Shown here: one piece after another, positions 27,997-38,419 of the stretch
How the letters are laid out: each line of letters opens with the position of its first letter
Position numbering within the stretch: the first letter of the stretch is position 1
NCBI GenBank assembly: GCA_002305165.1
Contig: DBQI01000028.1
Location: forward strand, 6,801 to 70,800
DNA from: Armatimonadetes bacterium UBA1398
GTDB lineage: Bacteria > Armatimonadota > Zipacnadia > UBA1398
Reading direction: 5' to 3'
DNA: 64,000 bases
Position numbers and translations under genes: made by a program
Notes under the pieces: generated by a model
Told to the model about the DNA's origin: nothing
Seen by the model: only the letters and a program-made list of their open reading frames with translations
Database searches by the model: none

Positions 27997-29487
27997 ATGC
28001 ATGCTGTGTATCGAAGAAGCCTGCTGGCGGCCGGGCTTGTGATGGTCGCCGCCCTTCTCTGGATGCCTGCCTGCGACGTTCACACATCTGTGACCGTGGT
28101 TCTCTCCGCGAGCAACCCCGCGCCGGTCGTTGGCGATGCGTTCACCGTGTCGGCCACCGTAACCCGGAATGGCGTCCCCCTTCAGGGGCGTACGGTGGGC
28201 TGGTCGGCGGCCCCTGATGGAGCGCTCCAACTGCAGCAGACGACCTCGCAGACTGACGACGCGGGTGTAGCGAGGGTGACGGCCCGTGCGCAGGCAGCGG
28301 GGGAGATCACCGTGGCTGCGACGGTGGACAATGTCACCCAGACCTTGGTGTTGACAGCGGCCGCCGCAGACGGGCCGCGTCTGCGGCTCTCACTGGACCC
28401 GGCGTCGGTCTCTGTGGGCGCTACTGCTGCCGCCTCTGTAGTGCTCACCGTGGATGGTGTTCCACAGGAAGGGCAAGCCATCAACCTGGCGGTCTCCGAT
28501 CCCAGTGTGGTGGCCTTGGAGCCGGTCTCGGTCGTCACCGACGCGGATGGGGCCGCTGCCGCCACCCTGACGGGCCTCGCCGCTGGCTCGGTCCAGGTCT
28601 TGGCCGTCTGGAATGGTCGATCGGTCTCCGCCGACTTCACCGTTGCGGCTCCTCCCCTCCCCGAGTATGTCTTCACTACCTCCGGCCCCCTAGGCGAGAT
28701 ACTCCTCATGGCGAATCAGCCGAGTTCGACGCCCGGCGATCCAGGCTTCGATGACAAGCGGATCCCCGTGGGCACGCAGAGGGACGGCTCGCTGATCCTC
28801 GCCGTCGACGCAAGCTTCGTGAACGCCTATGTCATCGACATGCGCACGCGGGCCGAGACACCGTTCACGCCCGACAGTTTCAGCCTCGTGAGCGCCAGCC
28901 CACGGGCAGCTCTCGCGTCAGGCGTTACGGCGGACGGCGAACGCGTTGTGTGGCTCAGGCGGCAGGCGGCTGGCACACAGATCGTCTCAGCCCGTCTGAA
29001 CGGCGCCAACGCGCGCGTCCTGCTCGAGGCCAGCTTCGCATCGGCTCCCACTTCCATGGCCCTCTCCCCCAACGGGCTTGAGGTCGCTTACACGACCATG
29101 GGCGGCGAGGTCCGCCTGCTCCTAGAGACGGGCAACTCCCGAGCCCTCGAACTGGGCGACTCCACCGGCCCCCTGGCGCTCGACTGGCTCGATGAGGATA
29201 CCCTGGTCGTGGCCGTCAACAACTACAACGGCAGCGCGCGACCGGGCCTTCTATCGGTCCCCGCCTCTGGGGCTGCCCCCTGGCTGCTCTTCAACGACGG
29301 GACAGGCCTACGCTCGGCGCCGTCTGCCGTGTGTGTCGATGGCGCGGGCAATGTCATCTACGATGAACTGGACGCCACCGGTAGCCAGTCGGACATCGTG
29401 CGGCTCGATGCGCCCGGTTACAGCGCTCGGACCGTTCTCGCCGGCGGTGATGTGAGCGAGATGCGACCCGTCCTGACGCGCTTCTAG
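27997..29487 (+). CDS. Lipoprotein with bacterial Ig-like (Big) domains and a PD40/TolB-like beta-propeller region
   Basis: GGAGGAG RBS. MHAVYRRSLLAAGLVMVAALLWMPAC lipobox. Repeated Ig-like segments (VSATVTRNG..., SVVLTVDG...). C-terminal propeller-like repeats. Confidence 0.6.
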   Translation: MHAVYRRSLLAAGLVMVAALLWMPACDVHTSVTVVLSASNPAPVVGDAFTVSATVTRNGVPLQGRTVGWSAAPDGALQLQQTTSQTDDAGVARVTARAQAAGEITVAATVDNVTQTLVLTAAAADGPRLRLSLDPASVSVGATAAASVVLTVDGVPQEGQAINLAVSDPSVVALEPVSVVTDADGAAAATLTGLAAGSVQVLAVWNGRSVSADFTVAAPPLPEYVFTTSGPLGEILLMANQPSSTPGDPGFDDKRIPVGTQRDGSLILAVDASFVNAYVIDMRTRAETPFTPDSFSLVSASPRAALASGVTADGERVVWLRRQAAGTQIVSARLNGANARVLLEASFASAPTSMALSPNGLEVAYTTMGGEVRLLLETGNSRALELGDSTGPLALDWLDEDTLVVAVNNYNGSARPGLLSVPASGAAPWLLFNDGTGLRSAPSAVCVDGAGNVIYDELDATGSQSDIVRLDAPGYSARTVLAGGDVSEMRPVLTRF

Positions 29488-29532
29488 GCGCCTGGGGCAG
29501 GGCTCCCACCCGGTCCGGCGAACGAATCGAGC

Positions 29533-30537
29533 ATGACCTCCCGAGAGATCGTCCACGCCAGCATGCACTTCGCCGGCCCCCCGCGTATCGCGTACGGGAT
29601 GGCCGGCGGCTTTCCCTCTGACGTCCGAGGTGTGGGGCACGCCCCTCCCCCCAACAGCCGCGCGCGCGGGTGGACGAACCGTGGCCGGTACTGGGACATG
29701 ATCGACGAGTGGGGTAACGAGTGGCGGCGCTTGGAGGCGATCACCAAGGGCGAGGTGCACAAGGGCGTCATCCAGGACTCCTGGGATCTCCTCGACGGTT
29801 ATCGGTGGCCCCAGCTTGACCGAGCCGAACTCTATGAGGGCACAGCCCAGCGGACGAGGGAGTTCCACGAGGAGGGTTACTTCGTGCTGGGCGGTCTGCG
29901 CTGGCCCTTCGACGTGGCCCGGTACATGCGAGGCATGGAGAACTTCCTCGCCGACTGCGCCGGTGACAAGGAACGCGTCAAGCACCTCATGGGGTTGGTC
30001 ACGGACATCCTGGAGCGCCAGATCCATCGGTACGCCGACGCGGGAGTCGATGCCGTCATGTCCGGCGAGGACTGGGGCACTCAGGATCGTCTCCTCGTGA
30101 GTCCCGACACCTTCCGCGAGATCTTCCTCCCCTGCTTCCGGCGCCTCTGCGGAGCCGCGCACAGCCGTGGCCTCTACGTTTGGTTCCACTCATGCGGCTA
30201 CGTGCGGGAGGTCATCGGCGACTGGTTCGAGGCGGGTATCGACTGCTGCCAGTTCGACCAGCCCGAGCTGCACGGGATTGATCTGCTGGCTCGGAAGTTC
30301 GGAGGTCGGATGCACTTCTGGTGCCCCGTGGACATCCAGACCACCCTTCAGACGCGCGACAAGGACCGGATTCGGGCGGCTGCCCGGGACTACGTAGAGA
30401 AGCTAGGCTCCTACGGTGGCGGCTTCGTTGCGGGCTACTACGGCAGCAACGAGGCTCTGGGGCTGGATCCCGAGTATCAGGCCGCCGCGTGCGAGGCTTT
30501 CATGCAGTCCGGGGACCCAGCGCCCTGGTGTCGCTAG
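29533..30537 (+). CDS. Uroporphyrinogen decarboxylase (URO-D) family protein (MtaA/CmuA-like fold), copy 1
   Basis: URO-D family length and motifs: DAVMSGEDWGTQ, WFHSCGYV, C-terminal YGGGFVAGYY. Confidence 0.65.
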   Translation: MTSREIVHASMHFAGPPRIAYGMAGGFPSDVRGVGHAPPPNSRARGWTNRGRYWDMIDEWGNEWRRLEAITKGEVHKGVIQDSWDLLDGYRWPQLDRAELYEGTAQRTREFHEEGYFVLGGLRWPFDVARYMRGMENFLADCAGDKERVKHLMGLVTDILERQIHRYADAGVDAVMSGEDWGTQDRLLVSPDTFREIFLPCFRRLCGAAHSRGLYVWFHSCGYVREVIGDWFEAGIDCCQFDQPELHGIDLLARKFGGRMHFWCPVDIQTTLQTRDKDRIRAAARDYVEKLGSYGGGFVAGYYGSNEALGLDPEYQAAACEAFMQSGDPAPWCR

Positions 30538-32837
30538 TCGCCTCGTGCCTCTACGACCACCTCGTGCATCCACTGCTGCTTGCCGTATAGCCCGTAGCGG
30601 ATGGCGACGAGCACATCGAGGAGGCTCTCCAGCCGGCGCTCCTCCACCACTTCCAGCGCTATCTCGTGGAGGTCCGCTCCCGTGGGGTGCAGTCGCAGCT
30701 CGATGATCGCGTGGCTGACCCGGCGGATGGCTGTATCGGCAGCTCCCCAGTCGCCCTTCTCGGCCGCCCAGGTCACTCGTTCGGTAATCGAGTAGTCCAG
30801 CGGGGCGCGGTCAACCAGGCGTGCCACCCTGGCCGACTCCCGCCGGGCCGGATGTGGCACCGGGATGCCCCTCAGAGGCGTGGCATAGTACTCTCGCTGG
30901 TTGCCCTTCCGCTTGCCGCGGTGAGCGAACCAGAAGTCGGCGATGGAGGAGTTGAGGATCCCCGTGAGGCGCGTCAGCTCGTCAGGGCCGAGGCCCCACA
31001 GGTAGTAGGCGTCGGCGCTGGCGTAGAGCGGCTGTGGCACATAGGCGAAGGCGTTGGCCCGCGCGCGGTGCGGACACATGACCTTCGGCGCTTCGAACAT
31101 CGACTCGCCGCGAGGCCAGTGCAGCCTCCACCATGGGATTGCCCCCATCGCCACCTCACGGCGAGCCGCGAGGAGCGCGCGGTACCGGCGTAGATGTCGC
31201 AGCACCGCTGGATGCAGGCTCAGGTCCACGGTGTCGTCCAGATAGAGCAGGCGCAGCCTGGGAGACGTGGTCATGGCATAGCGCTCGATCTCGGAGTTCT
31301 TGATGAAGGGGCGAACCACGCTGTCCGTGTCGGGGATCCCCGCCGCCGCGAGTTCCTCCGGTGTCAGCACGAAGATGCCCTGCCCCAGGTGAGACATGGC
31401 GCCCTTCGGTAGCCGGTCGGAGTTGGCGGGGGTGACGCGATCGGCCCCGGAGATGAGCCCCTGGCTCACCTTGGCGAGGCTGCCCAGCTGGACCCCTGCC
31501 GCCGCGATCGCCTCCAGCACCTGCTCGCGCCTCCGGCCCACGGGGATATGCCAGACGCCGGCCGGACCCTCGGGTCGGACTATCTCGCCTACCCCCGCGG
31601 TCACCGACAGGCTCTCGATAGGCCCTCCGCGGGAGTGCGCCTCATTCAGGGCCTCCTCAACTCGTGCGCACGTCTCCTCGAGCGGACCGGGCGTGCGTAC
31701 CCGAGCCCAGGCCATGGGCTGATCCCCAGCGTGGGATGCATCGTTGGAGCGACGACGGAGCAGTATCGCGAGGTTGTGTTGTCCGCCCGCGCTCCCGAAC
31801 AGCCGCTGCTCGCCGAAGTCCACGATCTCCAGGACCGCAGCCCGGTCGTAGAGCCGTTCCCGTAGACCTGAGGCGCCATCGGCGGTCAGCCAGTAGGCTG
31901 TGGTCAGAAGGGCTATCACGCCCCCCGGCCGAGTAACCTCCAGACACAACTCGGCGAAGTAGTAGAAGAGGTCCATGCGCGGCGCTCGCCGGACCGTTAG
32001 GCTGGGGATCTCCCGCATCAGACGATCGAAGAGGCTCTTGTTCCGCCGCTCGCCTACGTAGGGAGGGTTGGCGCAGCAGATCTCGTGCTCTGCCGAGGGG
32101 CCCTCACCCAGTGCCCACAGGCTGTTCTCCAGCATCAACCGGGGGATGGGTAGGATGCCCCGTCCCTCTGCCGCCGCCACCTGAAGCAGCAGGTTTGCCT
32201 GAGCCAGGCAGTGGCTCACCCGGGAGAGCTCAGACCCCGCCACGGAGCCGATCAGGTCGGCCCTTGATGCCCCCTCGGCTCGCGCTCGGCGCAGGTGGCC
32301 GACCAGGAATCTCCCCGTGCCCATAGCGGGATCGTACATCCGGCCGTACGGCATAACCTTGCTAACCCGAGACAGGAGTAGATCGGCGACGGGCCGGGGC
32401 GTGAAGTGCTGCCCACGAGGCCCGCCATCGGTCCGGTCAAGGTGAGCCTCGTACAACTCCCCAAGCAGGTCATGGTCGATTCCCGCGGGATCGAGGCGCC
32501 GCATCGCCCGCGCTGCTTTGGCGAAGTTATCGTTACTCCCACCGCGGTCGGTGTTGCGTCTGGCCGCCACCAGTAGAGGAAAGGCAGCCTCCGCGCCGGG
32601 GCCGAACGCCTTCGTCAGGCTGTCGGACAGCCGCTGGCGCGTCGACTCGGGGTCGTCCTCGCTGCCACCGGTGTTCCAGGCCGCGTCAACCGCCAGGCGC
32701 GACAGCCAGACAAAGGCGTTCTCCGTTGGCGAGAGGGCGACGCCGGCCGGCGGAAGTTCCGACCCGCAGCTCAGGAGCAGCCGGAGGGCGTCAGCCGCCG
32801 GCTGGGCCGCCTCTTGAATGGCTCTCAGCATTGGCAT
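30534..32837 (-). CDS. N6-adenine DNA methyltransferase, Eco57I/TaqI-like gamma class, with C-terminal TaqI_C-like target-recognition domain
   Basis: Motif I-like YDPAMGTGRFL. Motif IV CCANPPYVGERR. HFTPRPV upstream. About 370-aa C-terminal TRD. No nuclease motifs seen. Confidence 0.8.
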   Translation of the reverse strand: MPMLRAIQEAAQPAADALRLLLSCGSELPPAGVALSPTENAFVWLSRLAVDAAWNTGGSEDDPESTRQRLSDSLTKAFGPGAEAAFPLLVAARRNTDRGGSNDNFAKAARAMRRLDPAGIDHDLLGELYEAHLDRTDGGPRGQHFTPRPVADLLLSRVSKVMPYGRMYDPAMGTGRFLVGHLRRARAEGASRADLIGSVAGSELSRVSHCLAQANLLLQVAAAEGRGILPIPRLMLENSLWALGEGPSAEHEICCANPPYVGERRNKSLFDRLMREIPSLTVRRAPRMDLFYYFAELCLEVTRPGGVIALLTTAYWLTADGASGLRERLYDRAAVLEIVDFGEQRLFGSAGGQHNLAILLRRRSNDASHAGDQPMAWARVRTPGPLEETCARVEEALNEAHSRGGPIESLSVTAGVGEIVRPEGPAGVWHIPVGRRREQVLEAIAAAGVQLGSLAKVSQGLISGADRVTPANSDRLPKGAMSHLGQGIFVLTPEELAAAGIPDTDSVVRPFIKNSEIERYAMTTSPRLRLLYLDDTVDLSLHPAVLRHLRRYRALLAARREVAMGAIPWWRLHWPRGESMFEAPKVMCPHRARANAFAYVPQPLYASADAYYLWGLGPDELTRLTGILNSSIADFWFAHRGKRKGNQREYYATPLRGIPVPHPARRESARVARLVDRAPLDYSITERVTWAAEKGDWGAADTAIRRVSHAIIELRLHPTGADLHEIALEVVEERRLESLLDVLVAIRYGLYGKQQWMHEVVVEARGD

Positions 32838-32991
32838 GCGCGGTAACCTTTTGGCAAGTTCTCAGACCAAGCGAAGAACGGGGCAGACCATGCCGGTGTT
32901 CACGGGGGTCGGACTTGATAGGCCTGCAGGTGACCCCCGCGGCGGCCAGGAAACGCCCCCTGCAAGTATGAGAACGAGGAGGGAAACACCC

Positions 32992-34215
32992 ATGCGATAC
33001 ATGCTCGTAGGGATCGCTATTGCAGCCCTGCTGGCGGGCGCCAGTCAGGCTCAGTTCGGCGACTCGGCCCTCTCGCCGCCGGTTATCACCGCCGCGCAGA
33101 GGAACGAAGAGATCACCATCAAGATGTTCCGGCTCACGACGTGGCTTCAGGAGGAAGGCTACGGAGGGGTCCTCATCAACCAGTACCGGAACTTCCAGTG
33201 GATCACGGGCGGCGCCGATATGCAGGTCGTGACGGCCTCGGAGCGTGGTCCCGTCACCTTGGTAATCACCGCGACCGGTGGCCGCTACTTCCTGTGCAGC
33301 AACTCCGAGGACCTCCGGATGCAGAACGAGGAGCTCGGAGCCCTGGGCTATGAGGGGGTCGCGTGGCCATGGTACGAGGGCGCGAGCGACAGCGGTACGA
33401 TGGCGCGAGCCGTCGCTGGGATCGCTCAGGGCCGCCCACTCGCGAGCGACTTCGACACCCCTCTGGCGACCAATGAGTCTGAGGCCCTGCGTGGGCTCAG
33501 GCTTGTTCTGACCCAGTCGGAGATCGAGAAGTACCGGTGGCTCGGGCGCCAGTGTGCCGAGGCGTGCGAGAAGGTCTGCCGGGAGATCGAACCGGGTATG
33601 ACCGAGAAGCAGGTTCAGGCCATGATCTCCAGCGAGCTGATGTTCCGGGACATCCAGCCGACGGTGCTCCTGATGGCCAGCGACGAGCGGCTCTTCTCAT
33701 ACCGTCATCCCATCGCCACGGACAAGCCGGTTGAGAAGTACGTGCAGGTCAACATCTGCGCTAAGAAGTGGGGCCTGGTGATCGCGGTGACCCGCTATGT
33801 TCACTTCGGTCCGCTTCCAGGAGACCTGGGAAGGAAACTGCGCGGGTGCGCGCAGGTATGCGGCGCCTACCTCGGCGCGACTCGGGAGGGCAACACGGCT
33901 GGCGACGTGATCGCCGCTGGCCAGGAGGCCTTCGCCTTCGTGGGCTGGCCCGACGAGTGGCAGATGCACCACCAGGGCGGCGCCATCGCCTACGAGGAGC
34001 GCGAGTGGACAGGGTACCCCGGCGCCCGTATGCCGATCCAGGCCAACATGGCATTTGCCTGGAACCCCACGATCCAGGGCGCCAAGGTCGAGGATACCGT
34101 TCTCCTCCGGGAGGATGGCGTCTTGGAGAACCTCACGGATACGGGGAACTGGCCGACCATACCCGTGCGCGTGGGTGATCAGGTGTACAACGCGCCGAGC
34201 ATCCTGGTTCGGTAG
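32992..34215 (+). CDS. M24 family metallopeptidase (Xaa-Pro aminopeptidase/creatinase-like), secreted
   Basis: GAGGAGGG RBS. Signal peptide MRYMLVGIAIAALLAGASQA. Creatinase N-terminal-like and pita-bread C-terminal segments (HGGAIAYEEREW). Confidence 0.7.
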   Translation: MRYMLVGIAIAALLAGASQAQFGDSALSPPVITAAQRNEEITIKMFRLTTWLQEEGYGGVLINQYRNFQWITGGADMQVVTASERGPVTLVITATGGRYFLCSNSEDLRMQNEELGALGYEGVAWPWYEGASDSGTMARAVAGIAQGRPLASDFDTPLATNESEALRGLRLVLTQSEIEKYRWLGRQCAEACEKVCREIEPGMTEKQVQAMISSELMFRDIQPTVLLMASDERLFSYRHPIATDKPVEKYVQVNICAKKWGLVIAVTRYVHFGPLPGDLGRKLRGCAQVCGAYLGATREGNTAGDVIAAGQEAFAFVGWPDEWQMHHQGGAIAYEEREWTGYPGARMPIQANMAFAWNPTIQGAKVEDTVLLREDGVLENLTDTGNWPTIPVRVGDQVYNAPSILVR

Positions 34216-34240
34216 CGAACCTGCCCGCAGGAGGAGGGGC

Positions 34241-34263
34241 TGGGTATCCACCAGCCCCTCGCT
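34241..34263 (+). terminator. Hairpin GGGGCTGG-gtatcca-CCAGCCCC downstream of the M24 gene
   Basis: 8-bp perfect GC stem 26 nt after the M24 stop. No clear T-run. Confidence 0.3.
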
Positions 34264-34420
34264 CCAGACGACCTCTTGAGCCGCTACGGCCTCTGGCCTT
34301 GGGAGGGCCCGTGAGCAAGGACCTGGAGCCCTCGGTGGAGTTCGGGCACCTGTACCTGGACTTACCGCGGGAGGAGATCGCTCGGTTCAAGGGAGCCGAG
34401 TGACCCCTCCCGCGCGGATC

Positions 34421-35593
34421 CTATGTTGCAGAGAGCGCCTGCTGCCCCGCGAGGGTTGTATCGGAGGCCTCTCCCTCCTCGACATCAACGAGGCTGTACT
34501 CGCAGGCGCCCAGCCCGAGTTCCTCGCCATAGCGGCAGACAAGGTAGGGATCCTTGTAGGGGCCGTGCAGCTTCTGCAGGGGATGGCCCTCTACCTCAGG
34601 CCGGACCTCCATGGAGGACGGCACGTTCTCGAGGATCAGCTCCTTGGACTTCATGGCATCAAGGCAGGCGGTGTCTACGGCGCAGGGGTCGTTACCCCCG
34701 AAGATACCGATGTCGGGGAGTATTGCCGGACCGGTGAAGCCGAAGCAGTCGCATACGGGGGTGATCTGTGTGCCGATGTTGATGAAGACCTGTTTGTCGC
34801 GATCGAAGGTTATCAGGACTGACTCGACGGCGTAGGCCATGGCTTGCTGGAATGACTGGAAGTTCACGGGGTCGATCTGGAGGGAACCTTCGGGCGCGAC
34901 CTGCAGGCATCGCCCGCACTGGTTGCAGGGCTCAAAGTGGAGGTGCAGCCCCTCGTCCCGCTCCTTGTCCTGAACGATGCAACCGAAGGGGCAGGAATCG
35001 ATGATCCTCTGCCGCGTCTCCGCATCCGGGCACAGCTCGGGGAACCAGTAGGTGTCGAAGTGCATGACATCGTGCATCTGCCCGCGCGTGGCGGCGGCCA
35101 TGCCCCCCAGCGCGAGGTTCTTGAACACGCCTCCGTAGGAGCATGACGGATGGCCCTTGGCGTGCGCGAGGTCGATGAGGAAAGTGGCGTCATGCAGGTG
35201 GCCACCCACACGCCATTCCTTGATGTTCTTGTAGGGCCTCTCACGAGGGTAGAAGTACTGTTCCGTCGCGCCCTGGTTCGGGATGATGGGGCAGCCCAGG
35301 GTCTCCGTCGTGTAGCCCCTCTCGGCGGCCGTAGCGCATGAGCTGGGTGAATCAGTGACGAAGGGGTGACCGCCGCCCTCCTTCACCGCCTGCACGACCT
35401 TCCGCACAAAGACCGGATGGAGGACCGAGTAGCCGATGTTGAAGCCGAGGTGCATCTTGATCGCGACAGTCTCACCCTTGACCCGGTCGCGGATGGCGAG
35501 CCGCTCCAGGATGCGGTCGAGTCTCGCGGGGAGGGTCTGCTCAGGGACCAAGCTGCGCTGGAAGGGAGATCCGTAGTAGACATCCGTAGCCAT
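34421..35593 (-). CDS. DUF362 domain protein with 4Fe-4S ferredoxin-type cysteine cluster
   Basis: 390 aa. CNQCGRC, CDCFGFTG and CAVDTAC cysteine motifs. DUF362-like N-terminus (VAIKMHLGF). Confidence 0.55.
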   Translation of the reverse strand: MATDVYYGSPFQRSLVPEQTLPARLDRILERLAIRDRVKGETVAIKMHLGFNIGYSVLHPVFVRKVVQAVKEGGGHPFVTDSPSSCATAAERGYTTETLGCPIIPNQGATEQYFYPRERPYKNIKEWRVGGHLHDATFLIDLAHAKGHPSCSYGGVFKNLALGGMAAATRGQMHDVMHFDTYWFPELCPDAETRQRIIDSCPFGCIVQDKERDEGLHLHFEPCNQCGRCLQVAPEGSLQIDPVNFQSFQQAMAYAVESVLITFDRDKQVFINIGTQITPVCDCFGFTGPAILPDIGIFGGNDPCAVDTACLDAMKSKELILENVPSSMEVRPEVEGHPLQKLHGPYKDPYLVCRYGEELGLGACEYSLVDVEEGEASDTTLAGQQALSAT

Positions 35594-35798
35594 CCGTATT
35601 GCGCCTCTCTCCGATGGACGTCAAGGGCCATCGGGGTTCTTGGCGTGCGTGTCGCCAGTTTTTCGCGGCCGCGGCGGGGCAGCCTCCTGATGCCGCCATG
35701 TCCACGCGCTGGCGGCAACGCCGCCCGTGGCGTCGGGAGGGACCCTGGTCGTCCCAGGTGAATCTGAGGTCTCGGCACGCCCGCCGACGAGGATTCCC

Positions 35799-37028
35799 AT
35801 GCCTAAGCAGGTCACGAGCAAGAGGAAACGCCGCACTCGGGCCACCCCGAGCGACTTCGCTGTCGCGTTTCTCATCACGGCCCTCATTGCCGTGATCGTC
35901 CTCGCCGCGATCGCATCGGTGCGGGGCTGGCAGGAGGGAAGGCTGGCGGGCGCCCTGAGCCCCGAATCAGCCCCGGCAACGGTCTACGAGACGTCGAGCG
36001 AGGGATCGGCGAAGCCTGTGGCGGGCCCGGGGGCCGACGGGGCGCTCTCACTGGCGGCCCCCTCACACGATGGTAGGTGGCTGGCCTGGACCGGCACTCG
36101 TGGCAGTGAGAGTGGACTCTGGCTCGCCGACCGCAAAGGCAACGACCCCAGACTGCTCGTGGCGGGTAATCCGTCGCCGGGCGCCCGGCCCGCCTGGTCG
36201 GTTGATAACCAGCTCATCGCGTGGATGGAGCGCACCCAGCCAGGAGTGGGCCTCTTGAGGGTGACGGAAGCCGCTTCCGGGTCGGCCGCGTCCTTCGCCG
36301 AACTGCCCTGCGCCGAAGGGGCCGGCGTCGTGTGGATGCCAGGGACGAGCTGTCTCTTAGTGACCGACCCCGCAACGGATAAGCTGCTCGTGGTGTCCGG
36401 CGATTCGGGGAGCCCCGGAGTGGTCGCCGAGGGGGTGCGCTGCGATGCCCGTGGACCCGGTCTGCGGGTGGGACGCTCGCGTCTGGATACCTATGCCCTC
36501 GATGACCGGAGCCGCCACGTGCTCGGCAGCACCGAACGCATCGCGATGACGGAGTGGGTCGAGCCTTCGCCCGATGGTCAGGTCGTGGCCGTCGTGGAGG
36601 CTCCCGCCGTCAATGCGCGGGTCGTCAATGTCGCTGTCGCAGCCGCCGGTTACGAGACGCGTCCGCGTTACCAGCGCGGGACGCCTGGATGGGTCGACAA
36701 CGCCCCGATGCCGGGCTTCCTGTCATGGTCTCCCGACTCGACCCGGCTGCTCTACTACTTCCCCGAGGGCACGGGCGCCGATGAGCCCATCGGCCTCTTC
36801 CGCGAGGACGGCGAGGCGGATGCGGCCGTGGTCGAGCGCTCCCACGGCGCCGTCACGACGCTGATTCACTGGCCCGGCGATGGTGGTCCGGCTCGGGCCG
36901 CGTGGATCGACGACCAGCGGATAGCCTATCTCGAGGGCGATCCGCCGGGCCGCTTGTGGATCGTGGATGCTGACTCGGGAGATGCGGCCTTGCTCTGGGA
37001 CCGTCCCGAGGGGGGGCAGGCGCGATGA
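35799..37028 (+). CDS. Membrane-anchored PD40/TolB-like beta-propeller protein
   Basis: N-terminal basic stretch plus TM helix FAVAFLITALIAVIVLAAIA. PD40-like repeats (SHDGRWLAW, SPDGQVVA, SPDSTRLLY). Confidence 0.6.
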   Translation: MPKQVTSKRKRRTRATPSDFAVAFLITALIAVIVLAAIASVRGWQEGRLAGALSPESAPATVYETSSEGSAKPVAGPGADGALSLAAPSHDGRWLAWTGTRGSESGLWLADRKGNDPRLLVAGNPSPGARPAWSVDNQLIAWMERTQPGVGLLRVTEAASGSAASFAELPCAEGAGVVWMPGTSCLLVTDPATDKLLVVSGDSGSPGVVAEGVRCDARGPGLRVGRSRLDTYALDDRSRHVLGSTERIAMTEWVEPSPDGQVVAVVEAPAVNARVVNVAVAAAGYETRPRYQRGTPGWVDNAPMPGFLSWSPDSTRLLYYFPEGTGADEPIGLFREDGEADAAVVERSHGAVTTLIHWPGDGGPARAAWIDDQRIAYLEGDPPGRLWIVDADSGDAALLWDRPEGGQAR

Positions 37029-38383
37029 CCCTGCTGACGCTTGCGGTCCTGCTTCTCGCCGAGCCATCGGTCGTCCGGGTCGCCCCCGGCGGGCCGGTGC
37101 TCATCCCGCCGGCGGGACTGGTGATCGATCGCGACGGGTCCCTGCTTCGCGCCGAGCGTCTGGCTCACTCGGGGAAGAAGCACTGGGCAGAGGCGTGGCG
37201 GACGGCAAGAGGTACCATTGTACTCATGGGCAACGATGGTGAGAGCATCGGTGCGCGAGCATATGGGCCCCTGGCGCCGGTACCCCGCGGTCTGAGCACA
37301 TTCCACTATCCCTGCGCCACTCGCGACCAGTACCCCATCGGAGGGCCGATGGAGGCGGGGGCGATCATCGCACCTGAGGACGATGGCTCGTTCCTCGTCA
37401 TCCGTGGCTGGTCCGGCGCGGCCGAGTGGCGCGACGAGCTGACCGACGCCGACATGGTCCTCGGCGGCGCCATGCTCTCCCCGAGTCCGGGCACCGCGCT
37501 CATCGAGCGCCTGGGTCTCGCGCCGGCCGACCTCTCTGTACACGCGGTCAGCGCCGACGGTCGGTTTGTCTACGGACTCCTGCCGACCGACGGAGAGGAC
37601 GCGCCAGCGTGGTTCAGCCGCGCCGCCCTTGGGGCGGAGTGGACCGGCCTCCGCGGTCTGCCGGGCCAGGCGCCGCTCGATGTCATCGGCGCCGTGGCGC
37701 TGTTCGTCAGTCCCCTCGATCTGGGCCCTGCCGGGCCGTTCATGGTCGATCTGCTGACGGGCGAAGTGCTCCGCGAGCCGAGGGGCTGGATGATCGACGG
37801 GCTTCCCTCAGGGATGGCGCGCCGCGTCGCGCGGTCCGACGGACCGTGGTTCGAGTGGCGCGGCATGAGCGTGAACCCCGTCACGGGCGGGGTGCGCATC
37901 TGCTGGGATGACCCGCAGCTGTGGGCTCCCGCGCCCGATGGGCAGTGGTCGGCTGTCCTGGATGCGTACAGGCCCGCCGCGCCCGTGAACTGGGCCAAGG
38001 GACCACCCGAGTCTTGCGAGGCATGGCTCGCTGTAGTCCCCGCGGGGAGCGAGCAGGAGGCGCCCATGCTGCGCCCCCAGGCGCGATGGGCCCAGCCCGT
38101 CGCGAGAGCTGTAGAGGGGTGGCCCCCGCTGCACCTCGCACCTGTGTGGTCGTTGGACGGAAGGCTCGTTGCCTGCGGGGAGCGTGTCTTCCGAGCCGAC
38201 TCCGGCCAGATGGCGGGGGAGCTAGCGGGCACGAGCCCGTGGCCCATCGCCTTCACCTCCGCGGGGTCACTGCTGTGGCTCGATCGGGACGGGGACGCGG
38301 GCGAGCTCTTCGAATGGAGCCTGGGGACGGAAGGCGCATCGCCGGCGTCTCTGTCGCAGGCTCTACCCCTGCCGGGCGGGTAG
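37025..38383 (+). CDS. Hypothetical secreted protein
   Basis: 452-aa ORF with N-terminal hydrophobic segment MTLLTLAVLLLA. ATGA overlap with the upstream gene. Confidence 0.5.
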   Translation: MTLLTLAVLLLAEPSVVRVAPGGPVLIPPAGLVIDRDGSLLRAERLAHSGKKHWAEAWRTARGTIVLMGNDGESIGARAYGPLAPVPRGLSTFHYPCATRDQYPIGGPMEAGAIIAPEDDGSFLVIRGWSGAAEWRDELTDADMVLGGAMLSPSPGTALIERLGLAPADLSVHAVSADGRFVYGLLPTDGEDAPAWFSRAALGAEWTGLRGLPGQAPLDVIGAVALFVSPLDLGPAGPFMVDLLTGEVLREPRGWMIDGLPSGMARRVARSDGPWFEWRGMSVNPVTGGVRICWDDPQLWAPAPDGQWSAVLDAYRPAAPVNWAKGPPESCEAWLAVVPAGSEQEAPMLRPQARWAQPVARAVEGWPPLHLAPVWSLDGRLVACGERVFRADSGQMAGELAGTSPWPIAFTSAGSLLWLDRDGDAGELFEWSLGTEGASPASLSQALPLPGG

Positions 38384-38419
38384 CTCTGGCGAGACACGAT
38401 CCACAGAGGAGGCGCTCGA

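Noticed and set aside
34307-34402. 31-aa small ORF (VSKDLEPSVEFGHLYLDLPREEIARFKGAE) between the M24 and DUF362 genes
   Set aside because: Too short, no RBS, starts with GTG only. It sits in the convergent terminator region, so there is insufficient evidence.
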